Origin: a virus
Virus record (IMG/VR): IMGVR_UViG_3300025383_001098
Reading direction: 5' to 3' (one strand)
DNA: 64,000 bases
Of the stretch, positions 1-9,828 are shown in pieces (the stretch's first letter is position 1; every line of letters starts with the position of its first letter). The position numbers and the translations under genes are program-made. The notes beneath the pieces were generated by a model that was not told the DNA's origin, did no database searches, and saw only the letters and a program-made list of their open reading frames with translations.

Positions 1-2
1 TT

Positions 3-422
3 GATGATGGAGTTAAGCCCAAGTATCATTCCAGCTATGAACCAAACTATGTGTTTAATGTGGATTGTCAACGACCCGACAGTCGGTTTGTTATTGTATG
101 CGAAGGACCATTTGATGCTATGGCTATAGATGGCATTGCTATATTGAGCAATGAGTGTTCAGAAATACAAGCAGACATTGTGGACAGTTTGGCACGTGAA
201 GTTATTGTGGTCCCTGATGCTGATCGAGCAGGAACCCGACTTGTCGATGCCGCCTTAGAATACGGATGGGCAGTAAGCTATCCTGTGTGGCAATCGGACT
301 GTAAAGACATTGGATCGGCGGTAGAAAAATATGGCAAATTGTTTGTATTAAAAAGTATATTGGCAGCAAAAGAAACTGGCAGATTAAAAATTGAGTTAAA
401 GAAAAAGAAACTATATAATTAA
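3..422 (+). CDS. DNA primase, C-terminal TOPRIM domain (5'-truncated by window)
   Basis: Frame is open from the window start; TOPRIM motifs VCEGPFDA and VPDADRAG; lies directly upstream of the helicase. Confidence 0.85.
   Translation, partial: DDGVKPKYHSSYEPNYVFNVDCQRPDSRFVIVCEGPFDAMAIDGIAILSNECSEIQADIVDSLAREVIVVPDADRAGTRLVDAALEYGWAVSYPVWQSDCKDIGSAVEKYGKLFVLKSILAAKETGRLKIELKKKKLYN
391..419 (+). promoter_or_regulatory. sigma70-type promoter for the helicase (leaderless transcript)
   Basis: TTGAGT(391-396)-17 nt-TATAAT(414-419); ATG at 426 with no SD. Confidence 0.6.
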
Positions 423-425
423 ACT

Positions 426-1871
426 ATGTCAACAAAAGAATATTCAACAGAATTACAAAAACTATTTTTAGAAATGATGCTGACAGATGCACAAAGCTAT
501 GTGCGTGTACAGAACATTTATAATCCAGAAAACTTCGATCGTAGCCTAAGAGCTGTGGCCGATTTTCTTAAACAACACAGCAATGATCACAAGACATTGC
601 CTACTTATGAACAAATTCGTGCAGTAACAGGAGTAGAACTCAAACCAGTTCCGGAAACAGTTGAAGGACATCACGATTGGTTTATGCAGGAGTTTGAATC
701 GTTTACTCGGCGTATGGAATTGGAACGTGCTATCCTAAAGTCAGCAGACTTGTTGGAAAAGGGTGACTATGATCCTGTAGAAAAAATTATCAAAGATGCA
801 GTACAGATTAGTTTAACCAAAGACCTGGGCACAGACTATTTTGCTGATCCCAAAACACGTATCGACAAGTATTACAATTCAGGTGGCCAAGTATCAACAG
901 GTTGGCCTACTATGGACAAAATCTTGTATGGCGGTATGAGTCGCGGAGAACTTAATATTTTTGCCGGCGGATCGGGTTCAGGTAAATCGTTGGTTATGAT
1001 GAACATAGCTTTGTCGTGGTTACAACAAGGACTATCGGGAGTATATATTAGTTTAGAATTGAGCGAAGAATTATGTGCTCTAAGAACAGATGCTATGTTA
1101 ACAGGTATGGGCACAAAAGAGATTCGCAAGGACATTGATACTACAGAACTCAAAGTCAAGATGGTGGGTAAAAAAGCCGGTAAGTATCGAATCAAGGCAC
1201 TACCAGCACAGAGTAACGTAAATGATATTCGTAGTTTTATTAAAGAGTATCAAATACAAACTAATAACAAAGTAGATTTTGTTATGGTTGACTACTTAGA
1301 CTTGGTTATGCCAGTGAGTGTAAAAGTTAATCCCAATGATCAGTTTATCAAAGACAAGTATGTAGCAGAGGAACTGCGTAACTTATCGCAAGAGCTTAAT
1401 GTATTGTTAGTAACAGCATCGCAGTTGAATCGTTCAGCTGTTGAAGAAATTGAATTTGACCATAGTCATATTGCTGGTGGTATCTCTAAGATTAATACAG
1501 CAGATAACGTGTTTGGTATCTTTACAAGCCGTGCTATGAAAGAACGTGGGCGTTATCAAATTCAGTGTATGAAGTCACGTAGCTCTACAGGTGTAGGACA
1601 AAAGATTGACTTAGAGTACAACATTGAAACTATGCGTATTACTGATCCAGGACCAGAAGCACAACAGGACTTTATTACTCAAGGTGGTCCTCCACGTGTT
1701 GCCAACAATATTATGAATCAGATTAAAACTACAACTACAGTAGCACCATGGGAAAGCAAGGCAAAAGACGGGTTTGACGTAGAAAAAGACGCAGGCCCAC
1801 CTCCGAGTGCTACAGTAGACAGTAGCAAACTAAAGAGTATGCTGGCCGGACTAAAAGCCAAATCAGAATAA
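426..1871 (+). CDS. DnaB/T4 gp41-like replicative DNA helicase
   Basis: Walker A GGSGSGKS, YISLELSEE, Walker B VMVDYLDL, TASQLNR. Confidence 0.95.
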   Translation: MSTKEYSTELQKLFLEMMLTDAQSYVRVQNIYNPENFDRSLRAVADFLKQHSNDHKTLPTYEQIRAVTGVELKPVPETVEGHHDWFMQEFESFTRRMELERAILKSADLLEKGDYDPVEKIIKDAVQISLTKDLGTDYFADPKTRIDKYYNSGGQVSTGWPTMDKILYGGMSRGELNIFAGGSGSGKSLVMMNIALSWLQQGLSGVYISLELSEELCALRTDAMLTGMGTKEIRKDIDTTELKVKMVGKKAGKYRIKALPAQSNVNDIRSFIKEYQIQTNNKVDFVMVDYLDLVMPVSVKVNPNDQFIKDKYVAEELRNLSQELNVLLVTASQLNRSAVEEIEFDHSHIAGGISKINTADNVFGIFTSRAMKERGRYQIQCMKSRSSTGVGQKIDLEYNIETMRITDPGPEAQQDFITQGGPPRVANNIMNQIKTTTTVAPWESKAKDGFDVEKDAGPPPSATVDSSKLKSMLAGLKAKSE

Positions 1872-1904
1872 CTCCACATAAATATAACTAAATTGGAGTA
1901 GATC

Positions 1905-2159
1905 TTGCAAAAACGTACTCGTAGTATATTAGACGAGCTTGATAGCTTATTAGTACACAAAGACCGCGAAAACCTCGTGGAAAGTCGTGCTAATAACGTA
2001 ATTTCAAGTGCTATTAATCTAATGAATTACATTAAAGAAAACTACGACCCTGCTGTAGCAGATGAGCTTGAACGTCGTTTATTAAACAGTATTCGCTCGC
2101 AAGACCCCAATAAATTCATACGCGGAGTCCGCAAGTTGCGAGGAAATAATGAAGATTAA
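1905..2159 (+). CDS. conserved phage hypothetical protein
   Basis: TTG start with GGAG SD; late promoter-like TAAATA at 1879-1884. Confidence 0.7.
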   Translation: MQKRTRSILDELDSLLVHKDRENLVESRANNVISSAINLMNYIKENYDPAVADELERRLLNSIRSQDPNKFIRGVRKLRGNNED

Positions 2160-4668
2160 TGATATTTTAGTTCTTGACGAAAGTCAATTGGATGAGTACG
2201 GTAATGCACCAAACGACAGCACAGATCCAAGAGTTGCTGGTGGTGTGCCAAACGCAGTAGGTAATTTAAAAGCACGTCGTTTAGCACGTAACGCACCAGC
2301 TAAACCTGCACAAGATACACAAGCACCCGGCGCTGATCAGCAGGCCAACACAACACAAACTAACCCAACAAATACACAGAGTAATGGCCAAGCAGGTACT
2401 ACAGGTCAAACTGGAGGTACTCCTGGCTCTACAGCACAAACCGGAGGTACTCCTGGTACTCCTGGCACAAAAGGGAATCCATTTGCACAAGGTTTCTTTG
2501 GTGGATTAGGTTGGGATCGCACAGCTAAAGCATTTGCTGGTACTCCCGGCACTCCTGGTACTCCTGGCGCCGCAACACAAACTGGCGGAACTACCGGTGC
2601 CGGCACTACAGCACAAACTGGTGCTGGTAAAGAACAACCAGCTGCTGGTCAACCATCTGCACAAGATGCTACAGCCGGTCAGGGTCAACAGCAACAGGCC
2701 GGTGGTCAACAGGCCGCGGTAGATGCTAACAAAGATCCACAGTACAAAATTTTTAAAGATCCTGCTGCGTTTAAAGCAGAGTGGGACAAATATGTAACTG
2801 CACATACAAAACCAGATAGCCCATATCAATTAATTTCTGATCCAGAAATGTTAACAGCGTTGAAAGATATGTGGATGAGATCCGGCGGTCTTAAAGTTGA
2901 GAGCAAGCAAAGTAAAAAAGCTCAACGCTTGATTGAACAACGTATCATGAAAGATCCAATCTACGAAAGTTTTAGTCGTATTGGTCGCATGATTACAGAA
3001 GCAGAATTAACACAAGATCAAATTAAACAAATTTTCCAGTCAGTGGCCGATGGTGCTGCTGCAGGTGGTAATGTACAAAATGCAGGTGATGAACCTGTAA
3101 GCAACCGTACCTTAGTCGGTAAAGGTGGCGATGTAGCTAAGAAAGTTGCACAAGCCTGGGACGATGTTAAAACTAAGATTAGTCAATCAGCACCAGTTGC
3201 TGGATTTGACCAAGCAGTTGACTCTATTCAAGGCAAACTATTAAATGCCGCCGGCGGTGAATCTGGTGCTGTTGGGCAAGCACTTGCTAAGTATCGTGAG
3301 TTTGGTAAACAACATCCAATCTTCCAGGGTGCTATCTATGCTGGCTTAATTGCATTAGCAGGTATCAGTGGTGCTGGTCTTGGCGGTGCTGCATTGTTGG
3401 CCGGTATTAAGACATTTGACAGATTACTACAGGGCGACAAAGCAAGCTCTGCATTGTGGAAAGGCTTCAAGACTGGCGCTCTTGCTTATGGTGCAAGTCA
3501 CTTATTGAATCAACCACAAACAACACAGACTACAACTACAACTGATACAGGACAAGTTAATATTGGTCCTGTGAATCCTGATCTCAACAATGCCATAGAC
3601 AACGGCGTTGTTACACCACCGGGTGTAGATGCTACCACTATTGATCCGACTAATCCCGATGCATGGATTGACGGAACACAAGCCAATGGCACAGATCTAA
3701 TTCCATACACAGTACAACAAGGTGAAACACTAAGCCAGATTGCACAGAGCAATGGTATTAGTGTCAAGGATATCATGGATAATAATCCAATGATTACCAA
3801 CCCAAATAACTTGCCAACTGGTATTGAATTACATCTTCCGCAAAATGTAGAAAATTATAACGTATACGACCAAGGTGTTGGTACAGCAGCAGATACAGCC
3901 GCAAAGGTTGGTACCGGACAATATGCTCCAACCTGGGGCAACACAGGCACCAAGTCAACAGTAAACTCGTCATACATTCCAGTTGGAACAATGATCAGCG
4001 AATATGTTGACTACGAAGCAACTATGCGTATGCGTTTACTTGCTGAAAGTCGTGGAATGTCACAAAAAGGTTGCTACTTAACAGCATCAGGTGTTAAGGC
4101 AATCTTCGAAGGTGTTGTTGCCGAAGGCCCATGGGACGCTATTAAGAGCGGGGTTGGCAAAGTAGCTGGCGGAGTTGAGAAATTTGGCCAAGGCATTGCT
4201 AATGCGGCTAAAAAAGGCTGGGACTCTGCTGCCAACAAGATCACATACGATAAGTTAGATCTTAACTGGCGTAAGAACTACAAAGAGTTTGATCCAACTG
4301 GTGGACAAGGTCCAGTTGACAGCGAACAGGTTAAAGCATTCTTACGTAAGCAAGGTGTTACCGACGTGCTGATTAATAAAGTATTTGGCGACTTAGGTTT
4401 AGACGCACCAGCACAATCTGCACAGCCTGCTCAAGAACCAGCACAACCACAAGGCTTTGGTGGCGGAGCAGAATTTACAGCATTGTTTAAAAAGTTTAAT
4501 GATGCTGGCGGCAACTTAGCGCCACAGGTACGTGGTGTGTTAAAAGATATTTTATTAACAGCTATGCGTACAGTTGAAAGTATTCAACGTCAACGTATGT
4601 ATAAACCTCCTGTATTGTCTGAAGTTAAGACAGACTTCAGTGCTGCATTGTTAAAGTCGTTGAGATAA
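2149..4668 (+). CDS. large putative internal virion/ejection protein with LysM domain and glycine-rich hydrophobic hairpin
   Basis: LysM YTVQQGETLSQIAQSNGISVKDIMDNNP; GAIYAGLIALAGISGAGLGGAALLAG; G/T/P/Q low-complexity linkers; N-terminal MKINDIL..LDE leader. Confidence 0.7.
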   Translation: MKINDILVLDESQLDEYGNAPNDSTDPRVAGGVPNAVGNLKARRLARNAPAKPAQDTQAPGADQQANTTQTNPTNTQSNGQAGTTGQTGGTPGSTAQTGGTPGTPGTKGNPFAQGFFGGLGWDRTAKAFAGTPGTPGTPGAATQTGGTTGAGTTAQTGAGKEQPAAGQPSAQDATAGQGQQQQAGGQQAAVDANKDPQYKIFKDPAAFKAEWDKYVTAHTKPDSPYQLISDPEMLTALKDMWMRSGGLKVESKQSKKAQRLIEQRIMKDPIYESFSRIGRMITEAELTQDQIKQIFQSVADGAAAGGNVQNAGDEPVSNRTLVGKGGDVAKKVAQAWDDVKTKISQSAPVAGFDQAVDSIQGKLLNAAGGESGAVGQALAKYREFGKQHPIFQGAIYAGLIALAGISGAGLGGAALLAGIKTFDRLLQGDKASSALWKGFKTGALAYGASHLLNQPQTTQTTTTTDTGQVNIGPVNPDLNNAIDNGVVTPPGVDATTIDPTNPDAWIDGTQANGTDLIPYTVQQGETLSQIAQSNGISVKDIMDNNPMITNPNNLPTGIELHLPQNVENYNVYDQGVGTAADTAAKVGTGQYAPTWGNTGTKSTVNSSYIPVGTMISEYVDYEATMRMRLLAESRGMSQKGCYLTASGVKAIFEGVVAEGPWDAIKSGVGKVAGGVEKFGQGIANAAKKGWDSAANKITYDKLDLNWRKNYKEFDPTGGQGPVDSEQVKAFLRKQGVTDVLINKVFGDLGLDAPAQSAQPAQEPAQPQGFGGGAEFTALFKKFNDAGGNLAPQVRGVLKDILLTAMRTVESIQRQRMYKPPVLSEVKTDFSAALLKSLR
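2395..2622 (+). repeat. imperfect coding repeats (GTPG / TAQTGG)
   Basis: Recurrent ggtactcctgg and acagcacaaacYgg units. Confidence 0.6.
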
Positions 4669-4669
4669 A

Positions 4670-5479
4670 ATGAAATTATATGAAGGCGGAGATGAAGCTA
4701 AAGGATTAGGCGGTAACGTATTTAAAGACGCTGCCGGTAATCCTTTAACCCGTCGTATCAACCGATTAGATGTTCCCTCTACTACTAAATTTTTAGAACA
4801 AATTACCGGCCTTGACCTAATGAACAATATGGTCGGCTCAACTGGCCAAAAAGAAACATCTGGCGACTTAGACTACGCCATCGATGCTACCATTATCAGT
4901 AAAGACGCACTACAAGGTGTGTTATATCAATACTGCCTATCCAAAGGTGTCCCAGAAAACGAAATCATGAATCAAGGTCGCAAGTACAAAGGCGGCTATA
5001 TTGATAAGACTGGCATCGAAGTACATTTCCGCACTCCTATTAACGGTGATCCAAAGAATGGCTATGTACAAAGTGACTTTAACTTCGTAGACAAAATGGC
5101 CTGGACTAAATTTATGCTATCTGCTATGCCACCTGATAGTCAGTTCAAAGGAGTTGATCGTGCTGTGTTGTTTAACAGTATCGGTAAAGTATTAGGAGTA
5201 AAGGTTACAGTTAATAGTGGCGTACATGACAGACTAAGCAATGAATTAGTTACCGACGATCCGGCTATGATGGCCAAGATGTTTGTACCCAATGGCACAA
5301 TAAAAGATATGGCCAGCGTAGAAAGTATCGTTAATGCACTACGCAATGATACACAACGTGATGCTAAATTAAAAGATTTTACTGACTATCTAACTAAATC
5401 AGGACGTCAGCTACCTAAATTAGAATCCAGTGTACATCCAACAGAGTGGTTTAAACACTTAAACGATAAATTAAAATGA
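4670..5479 (+). CDS. Pol-beta superfamily nucleotidyltransferase-like protein
   Basis: hGS-x7-GDLD motif (VGSTGQKETSGDLDYAID) and a downstream third Asp (VQSDFNF). Confidence 0.65.
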   Translation: MKLYEGGDEAKGLGGNVFKDAAGNPLTRRINRLDVPSTTKFLEQITGLDLMNNMVGSTGQKETSGDLDYAIDATIISKDALQGVLYQYCLSKGVPENEIMNQGRKYKGGYIDKTGIEVHFRTPINGDPKNGYVQSDFNFVDKMAWTKFMLSAMPPDSQFKGVDRAVLFNSIGKVLGVKVTVNSGVHDRLSNELVTDDPAMMAKMFVPNGTIKDMASVESIVNALRNDTQRDAKLKDFTDYLTKSGRQLPKLESSVHPTEWFKHLNDKLK

Positions 5480-6576
5480 TTTTATTAGAATTTGTACAAT
5501 ATCTAACAGAAGGTGCTCGTACACCACATCCAGAGGATTTTATCTTCAGTGGTAGTAAAGCGGCCTTGGATGCTATCACAGGTATGGTAGGTGCTGTACA
5601 AAAGCCTGAAACTGTAAGCATCAAATGGGACGGAAGCCCTGCTATTATATTTGGTCGACGTACAGCTGACGGTAAGTTTACAATGAACTATAAAGAGTAC
5701 ATTGGCGAAGCCGGTGGCCAAGTTACAAGTGCAGAAGAGCTACTACAGTTTTACGCCAAGAACGGCAAGAACATGGAAGTAGGACAAAAATTAGCCAAGG
5801 TGTTTAATGCTGTGGGCAGTATATGTCCTCCAAACTTCAAGGGATTTGTACAGGGCGATTTGATGTGGACTGATAAACCATTAATACCGGTAGACGGTAA
5901 GTTTATTTTTAAACCTAATCCTCACGGTGTCACTTATAATGTTGCTACCAATACACCAATTGGCGAAGAAATTGCAGGTCGTCCAGTAGGTATTGCTGTA
6001 CACAGTTACGGCAATGAAGTTGAAAAGTCTAAAGAGTCTCCATTGGTAGGTCGTCAAAGTTTACAGGGCTTAGGCGGTCTATCTGGAACCAACGAATATA
6101 TTACCGTATTTACAGGCAACATGGGTACTAAGTTTAATATGAAAGAACCCACTACATTAAAAAATAATGCTAAACGTGCGGTTAACGAATTTAGTGCCGC
6201 AGGCGGCGATGCTTTTTTATCCAGTTTAACACAGGCATCCAAGGATAGGCTACAGCAGTATTACAATAGAAAAGCCACTGGACAACCTGTAGACGGCACA
6301 TGGTTACAGACTAAACTGACTAAACCACAGTTTGAAATAGTCAATGCTGAAGAAAATAAACCCGTTTTAGTAGCATTAGACAAAGTCTACAGCACAATTA
6401 GTCTATTAAAATTAGCTATATTAGATCAACTTGAGCCCCAAGTTAAGGGTGTAGAGCAGTTTGTGGGCGATGTTCCTAAAGGCGAAGGATTTAACATAGA
6501 CACCCCAAGTGGCTTTATAAAGCTGGTAAATCGTGGGGTTTTTAGTACTGCAAATTTTGCAGGAAGAGCACAATAA
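5476..6576 (+). CDS. RNA-ligase/capping-type covalent nucleotidyltransferase-like protein (DUF6267-like)
   Basis: Motif I KWDGS, motif III-like VQGDL, motifs IV/V GEGFNI...FIKLVNR. Confidence 0.6.
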   Translation: MILLEFVQYLTEGARTPHPEDFIFSGSKAALDAITGMVGAVQKPETVSIKWDGSPAIIFGRRTADGKFTMNYKEYIGEAGGQVTSAEELLQFYAKNGKNMEVGQKLAKVFNAVGSICPPNFKGFVQGDLMWTDKPLIPVDGKFIFKPNPHGVTYNVATNTPIGEEIAGRPVGIAVHSYGNEVEKSKESPLVGRQSLQGLGGLSGTNEYITVFTGNMGTKFNMKEPTTLKNNAKRAVNEFSAAGGDAFLSSLTQASKDRLQQYYNRKATGQPVDGTWLQTKLTKPQFEIVNAEENKPVLVALDKVYSTISLLKLAILDQLEPQVKGVEQFVGDVPKGEGFNIDTPSGFIKLVNRGVFSTANFAGRAQ

Positions 6577-6587
6577 TTTTTATTTTG

Positions 6588-6595
6588 TATAAATA
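6588..6595 (+). promoter_or_regulatory. T4-type late promoter
   Basis: Exact TATAAATA upstream of a gene with a strong SD. Confidence 0.7.
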
Positions 6596-6642
6596 AATGC
6601 ATGTAGTCCTTTAAGGGCTCATTATATTAAGGAGAATTAAAA

Positions 6643-7047
6643 ATGGCAACATTTACAAGAGTTAACGGCGACGCAGCCGGTGTAGTACAAGTTGATGCAG
6701 GTCGTGCATTTGCTAACGGCGCAATCATCAATACAGGTATCGCAGCACCTTTGTCAGTTCTAAAGATTGTTACTCCAACAGGTAACTTGGCAGCAGAATT
6801 AAACACAGGCGGTGCAGTTGAGTCTATCCTACGTGTTATCGAAGGTAATGCTTCAGTATTAGCATACCAAGTTGACAGCACACCACAAATCAGCGTTCTA
6901 TTAGAGCGTAGTGGTTGGGTTAGCGACGCAGCAGTTGCAGCAGCTATTACAGCAGCTTCTACATCAAGCAACATCGGTGGTTACGGTAACGTTTGGGTAG
7001 CTGGTGGTGGCTTCACAGTTTCCAGCTCAGCTGGTTTCAAACTATAA
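6643..7047 (+). CDS. putative highly expressed virion structural protein
   Basis: Late promoter, TAAGGAG SD, strongly biased codons, A/G/V/S-rich, own terminator. Confidence 0.6.
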   Translation: MATFTRVNGDAAGVVQVDAGRAFANGAIINTGIAAPLSVLKIVTPTGNLAAELNTGGAVESILRVIEGNASVLAYQVDSTPQISVLLERSGWVSDAAVAAAITAASTSSNIGGYGNVWVAGGGFTVSSSAGFKL

Positions 7048-7065
7048 TAGTTAACCAACTATAAC

Positions 7066-7096
7066 AAAAGAGCACATCTTTATGATGTGCTTTTTT
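7066..7096 (+). terminator. intrinsic terminator
   Basis: AGCACATC-loop-GATGTGCT followed by T-run. Confidence 0.8.
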
Positions 7097-7113
7097 GTGG
7101 CATAAGTATTTGC

Positions 7114-7554
7114 ATGGACACCACGCATTTACATTTTTTCACTGGATTTACATTAGTTGATATCACAGCCACAGGTGAACTACGTAGCACGGCAGAACAA
7201 ACTCGCGACCAGCAACGTAATTGGGAAACCGTATTACAAACAATCGGCCTTGGTGCACAACCCTATGACGTTATACCTCCTACGGTAAAAACTGTAAACT
7301 TAGATTATTTAGAGTTTGGAGAAATGTATTCAGGCGAACACAATGTATGGATGTGGGCATTTGCTGTTGAACACGCAGATGTATTCACAGTCAATAATAA
7401 TCAAGTTGCCGGGCTTGAACAATGTTTTGAACAGGTACCTGTTATTTGTGGATTAACAGAAACAGCACGTTTTATGTTGCCTATTTTTTATCCCCACGGC
7501 GGAATTAAGAACATATACTTTAAATCTGGCTTAAAAAACATAAATAACTATTGA
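7114..7554 (+). CDS. conserved phage hypothetical protein
   Basis: Start moved to ATG 7114 because the upstream codons lie inside the terminator; TAAGTA 5 nt upstream. Confidence 0.7.
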   Translation: MDTTHLHFFTGFTLVDITATGELRSTAEQTRDQQRNWETVLQTIGLGAQPYDVIPPTVKTVNLDYLEFGEMYSGEHNVWMWAFAVEHADVFTVNNNQVAGLEQCFEQVPVICGLTETARFMLPIFYPHGGIKNIYFKSGLKNINNY

Positions 7555-7633
7555 TGCTACGGCACCATTAAGGCTCATTATTAAGGCACATTTAGGCAAA
7601 ACAAACGCATCGCTAACTAACAGCGAGAGATAG

Positions 7634-7891
7634 ATGGCCACTACTGATATTGAAAAACAGAGTCTTGAGGCACACGTAGAATTATGTGCGGAGAGATATT
7701 CCAACTTGGAAAACAAATTATCCAACCTTGAAACTCGTATGGATAAAATGGAAACCCACCTGGTTGACATTAAAGACAGCTTGTCAAAAAATTCATCTGG
7801 TCAACTTAGAATTATAATCACTATTGGTACTACTATTTTTGGTGTTTTAGTTGCCGGTACTATTACTCTGTTAGCTTCGCATCTCAAATAA
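7634..7891 (+). CDS. small coiled-coil protein with C-terminal TM helix (XhlA/holin-like architecture)
   Basis: Heptads LENKLSNLETRMDKME, then hydrophobic IIITIGTTIFGVLVAGTITLL. Confidence 0.6.
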   Translation: MATTDIEKQSLEAHVELCAERYSNLENKLSNLETRMDKMETHLVDIKDSLSKNSSGQLRIIITIGTTIFGVLVAGTITLLASHLK

Positions 7892-7894
7892 TCT

Positions 7895-8101
7895 ATGCGT
7901 ATCGTAGAACTCTTAAATAACATTACACTACCTATTACCAATGAGGAAGCTGAAGTATTGGACATGTTGCAAAACAAGTCAATACTAAAATCTGAATTAG
8001 ACGAGCATCAACAACGTCTTGCTAACAGTTTGGTTAATAAGGACGTATTATTGAGAATTCAAGAAAATGGACGCATCACATATCGAAGAAAAATTCGATA
8101 A
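7895..8101 (+). CDS. hypothetical protein
   Basis: Operon-packed ORF; MRIVELL leader. Confidence 0.65.
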   Translation: MRIVELLNNITLPITNEEAEVLDMLQNKSILKSELDEHQQRLANSLVNKDVLLRIQENGRITYRRKIR

Positions 8102-8600
8102 ACCTACAAAACAAGAATTTAACCAAATAGTTGCGGCCACCACCCAATATATTTCGGCATGGACTCAACGCGAATTTAATCGCATAAGCACAAATAAACA
8201 GGTACCGTTGATATGGCCCTTGCCCCAGGGCGGATATGTAATAGGTAGTAAGCGTATAGTTCCTAACCGAGGCTATTGGCAACTACAAACATACGACCAC
8301 GAATTTATACATGATTTTGATGGCAAGCAAAGTGCTATTTTTTATTGCTTGTGCGATCATATTAAAAATTATCATTTAGCAACAATGATACGCAATGCCG
8401 ACAGCGAAGTTAAGCGTCTTAAAAATGACGTAATACACTATAGCAACAGCTTGGAACGTGCTTTAAAACATAAAGATAGTTTTGGGATAAGTAATTGGAG
8501 TGCCAGATTAGATGATGCAAAACTGCGATTAGATTTTGCTCAAAAAGAATTACAGAAATCTATTAAATCGGCTAAATACTTAAAAGTTTGGGATAATTGA
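8067..8600 (+). CDS. hypothetical protein
   Basis: Operon-packed 177-aa ORF with C-terminal coiled coil. Confidence 0.7.
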   Translation: MDASHIEEKFDKPTKQEFNQIVAATTQYISAWTQREFNRISTNKQVPLIWPLPQGGYVIGSKRIVPNRGYWQLQTYDHEFIHDFDGKQSAIFYCLCDHIKNYHLATMIRNADSEVKRLKNDVIHYSNSLERALKHKDSFGISNWSARLDDAKLRLDFAQKELQKSIKSAKYLKVWDN

Positions 8601-8603
8601 ACC

Positions 8604-9296
8604 ATGAGATTAACAGAAATCGGCCTACAGCCAAAAGCTAAAAAAATTAACCAAGTAGTTGAAAGTCGCTTCGGCTTTAAAATCGACTACGATAATTTAA
8701 CCTTTCCTAAGGCGTACAAATTAGCTACTGCTATTACAGAAAGTTTAGACAAAGTAAAACGCACACACGGCGTTCATACTGCTGAAAAGAACCCTCAATA
8801 CATGGAAATGTTTATGGTTCGCGAAAGTCTAAATCGTTGGATGGTAGAGAACAGAGATATTCTTATTCGCGAAAGCGAAATGGCTAAAGCAGAAGCTACA
8901 TTAGCTGCTAAAGACATGGTTGACTCAATTCAAGACATGTTAGAAAAAATTGGTAAAATGCAGAATGAACAACTGCCTGCATTATTAGACACAATCCGTG
9001 ACCAAATCGGCGAACAACAAGCTGAAACATTTAAGGGCACAGTTACTCCATTGCTACAAAACTTATGGCAGACTTTAAGTACTGGTCGTGAACAGGCTGA
9101 CGGTGCTGCTCGTGCGTTAACTGGCGAATCTACACCAGACATGGGCATGGGTGGTATGGATGCTGGTATGGGTGCTCCTGCTCCAGACATGTCCCCAGAA
9201 TTGGGTGCCGAAGCTCCTGCTCCAGAGGGCGACGAGTTTGCCGCAACTGATGCTGCTGCAGGTGGCGAAGAAGAATTAGGTAGAGAGCGTCGTTAA
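8604..9296 (+). CDS. putative head core/scaffold-type helical protein
   Basis: MRLTEI leader, internal I/L-x-E sites, acidic Gly/Pro tail; TAAATA upstream. Confidence 0.5.
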   Translation: MRLTEIGLQPKAKKINQVVESRFGFKIDYDNLTFPKAYKLATAITESLDKVKRTHGVHTAEKNPQYMEMFMVRESLNRWMVENRDILIRESEMAKAEATLAAKDMVDSIQDMLEKIGKMQNEQLPALLDTIRDQIGEQQAETFKGTVTPLLQNLWQTLSTGREQADGAARALTGESTPDMGMGGMDAGMGAPAPDMSPELGAEAPAPEGDEFAATDAAAGGEEELGRERR

Positions 9297-9721
9297 TGAG
9301 ATTTACTGAATTTCGTCGCCGTTTAAATGAGGATGGCGACCTCTCTGATTTTATCGAAGACGATGCCGATCATGCGGCCAATGACGCATTGATTAACACT
9401 CTAAGAGAAATTCAGTATAGTTCAGATCACGCTCAAGTTCCAAAAATTTCAGTTGAAGCATTAATTAATTTAGTTCGTCAACAACCTGGTGCCGAAGCAT
9501 TTAACTTAGATACATTAGTTAATGCACGTAAGAATAATGATACAGTAAAGAACATTGTTACTGACATTAAAGATGACGACCAAGGCACCAAATATGTTTT
9601 CATTAATCCAGCCGAACCTGCAATGACAGGTGGAGTAGGTGGTGAAGGCGAAGTGGGTCAAACACAACCCGAAAAAACGGTTTCCGCAATGGCCAACCGT
9701 GCATTATCCAATCGTAGCTAA
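9296..9721 (+). CDS. putative internal head protein
   Basis: Leader MRFTEFRRRLNE resembles the T4 capsid-targeting sequence. Confidence 0.5.
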   Translation: MRFTEFRRRLNEDGDLSDFIEDDADHAANDALINTLREIQYSSDHAQVPKISVEALINLVRQQPGAEAFNLDTLVNARKNNDTVKNIVTDIKDDDQGTKYVFINPAEPAMTGGVGGEGEVGQTQPEKTVSAMANRALSNRS

Positions 9722-9732
9722 ACTCAAAATCA

Positions 9733-9761
9733 TTGACTTTTCAAAATAAATACTGTATAGT
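9733..9761 (+). promoter_or_regulatory. sigma70-type promoter
   Basis: TTGACT-17-TATAGT, with a nested TAAATA. Confidence 0.65.
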
Positions 9762-9828
9762 CAGTATTGTCAACTTTCTGTGTGGGTAAGGCGTTATAAT
9801 AATATAACCCTTAATAAGGAGAAGTAAA

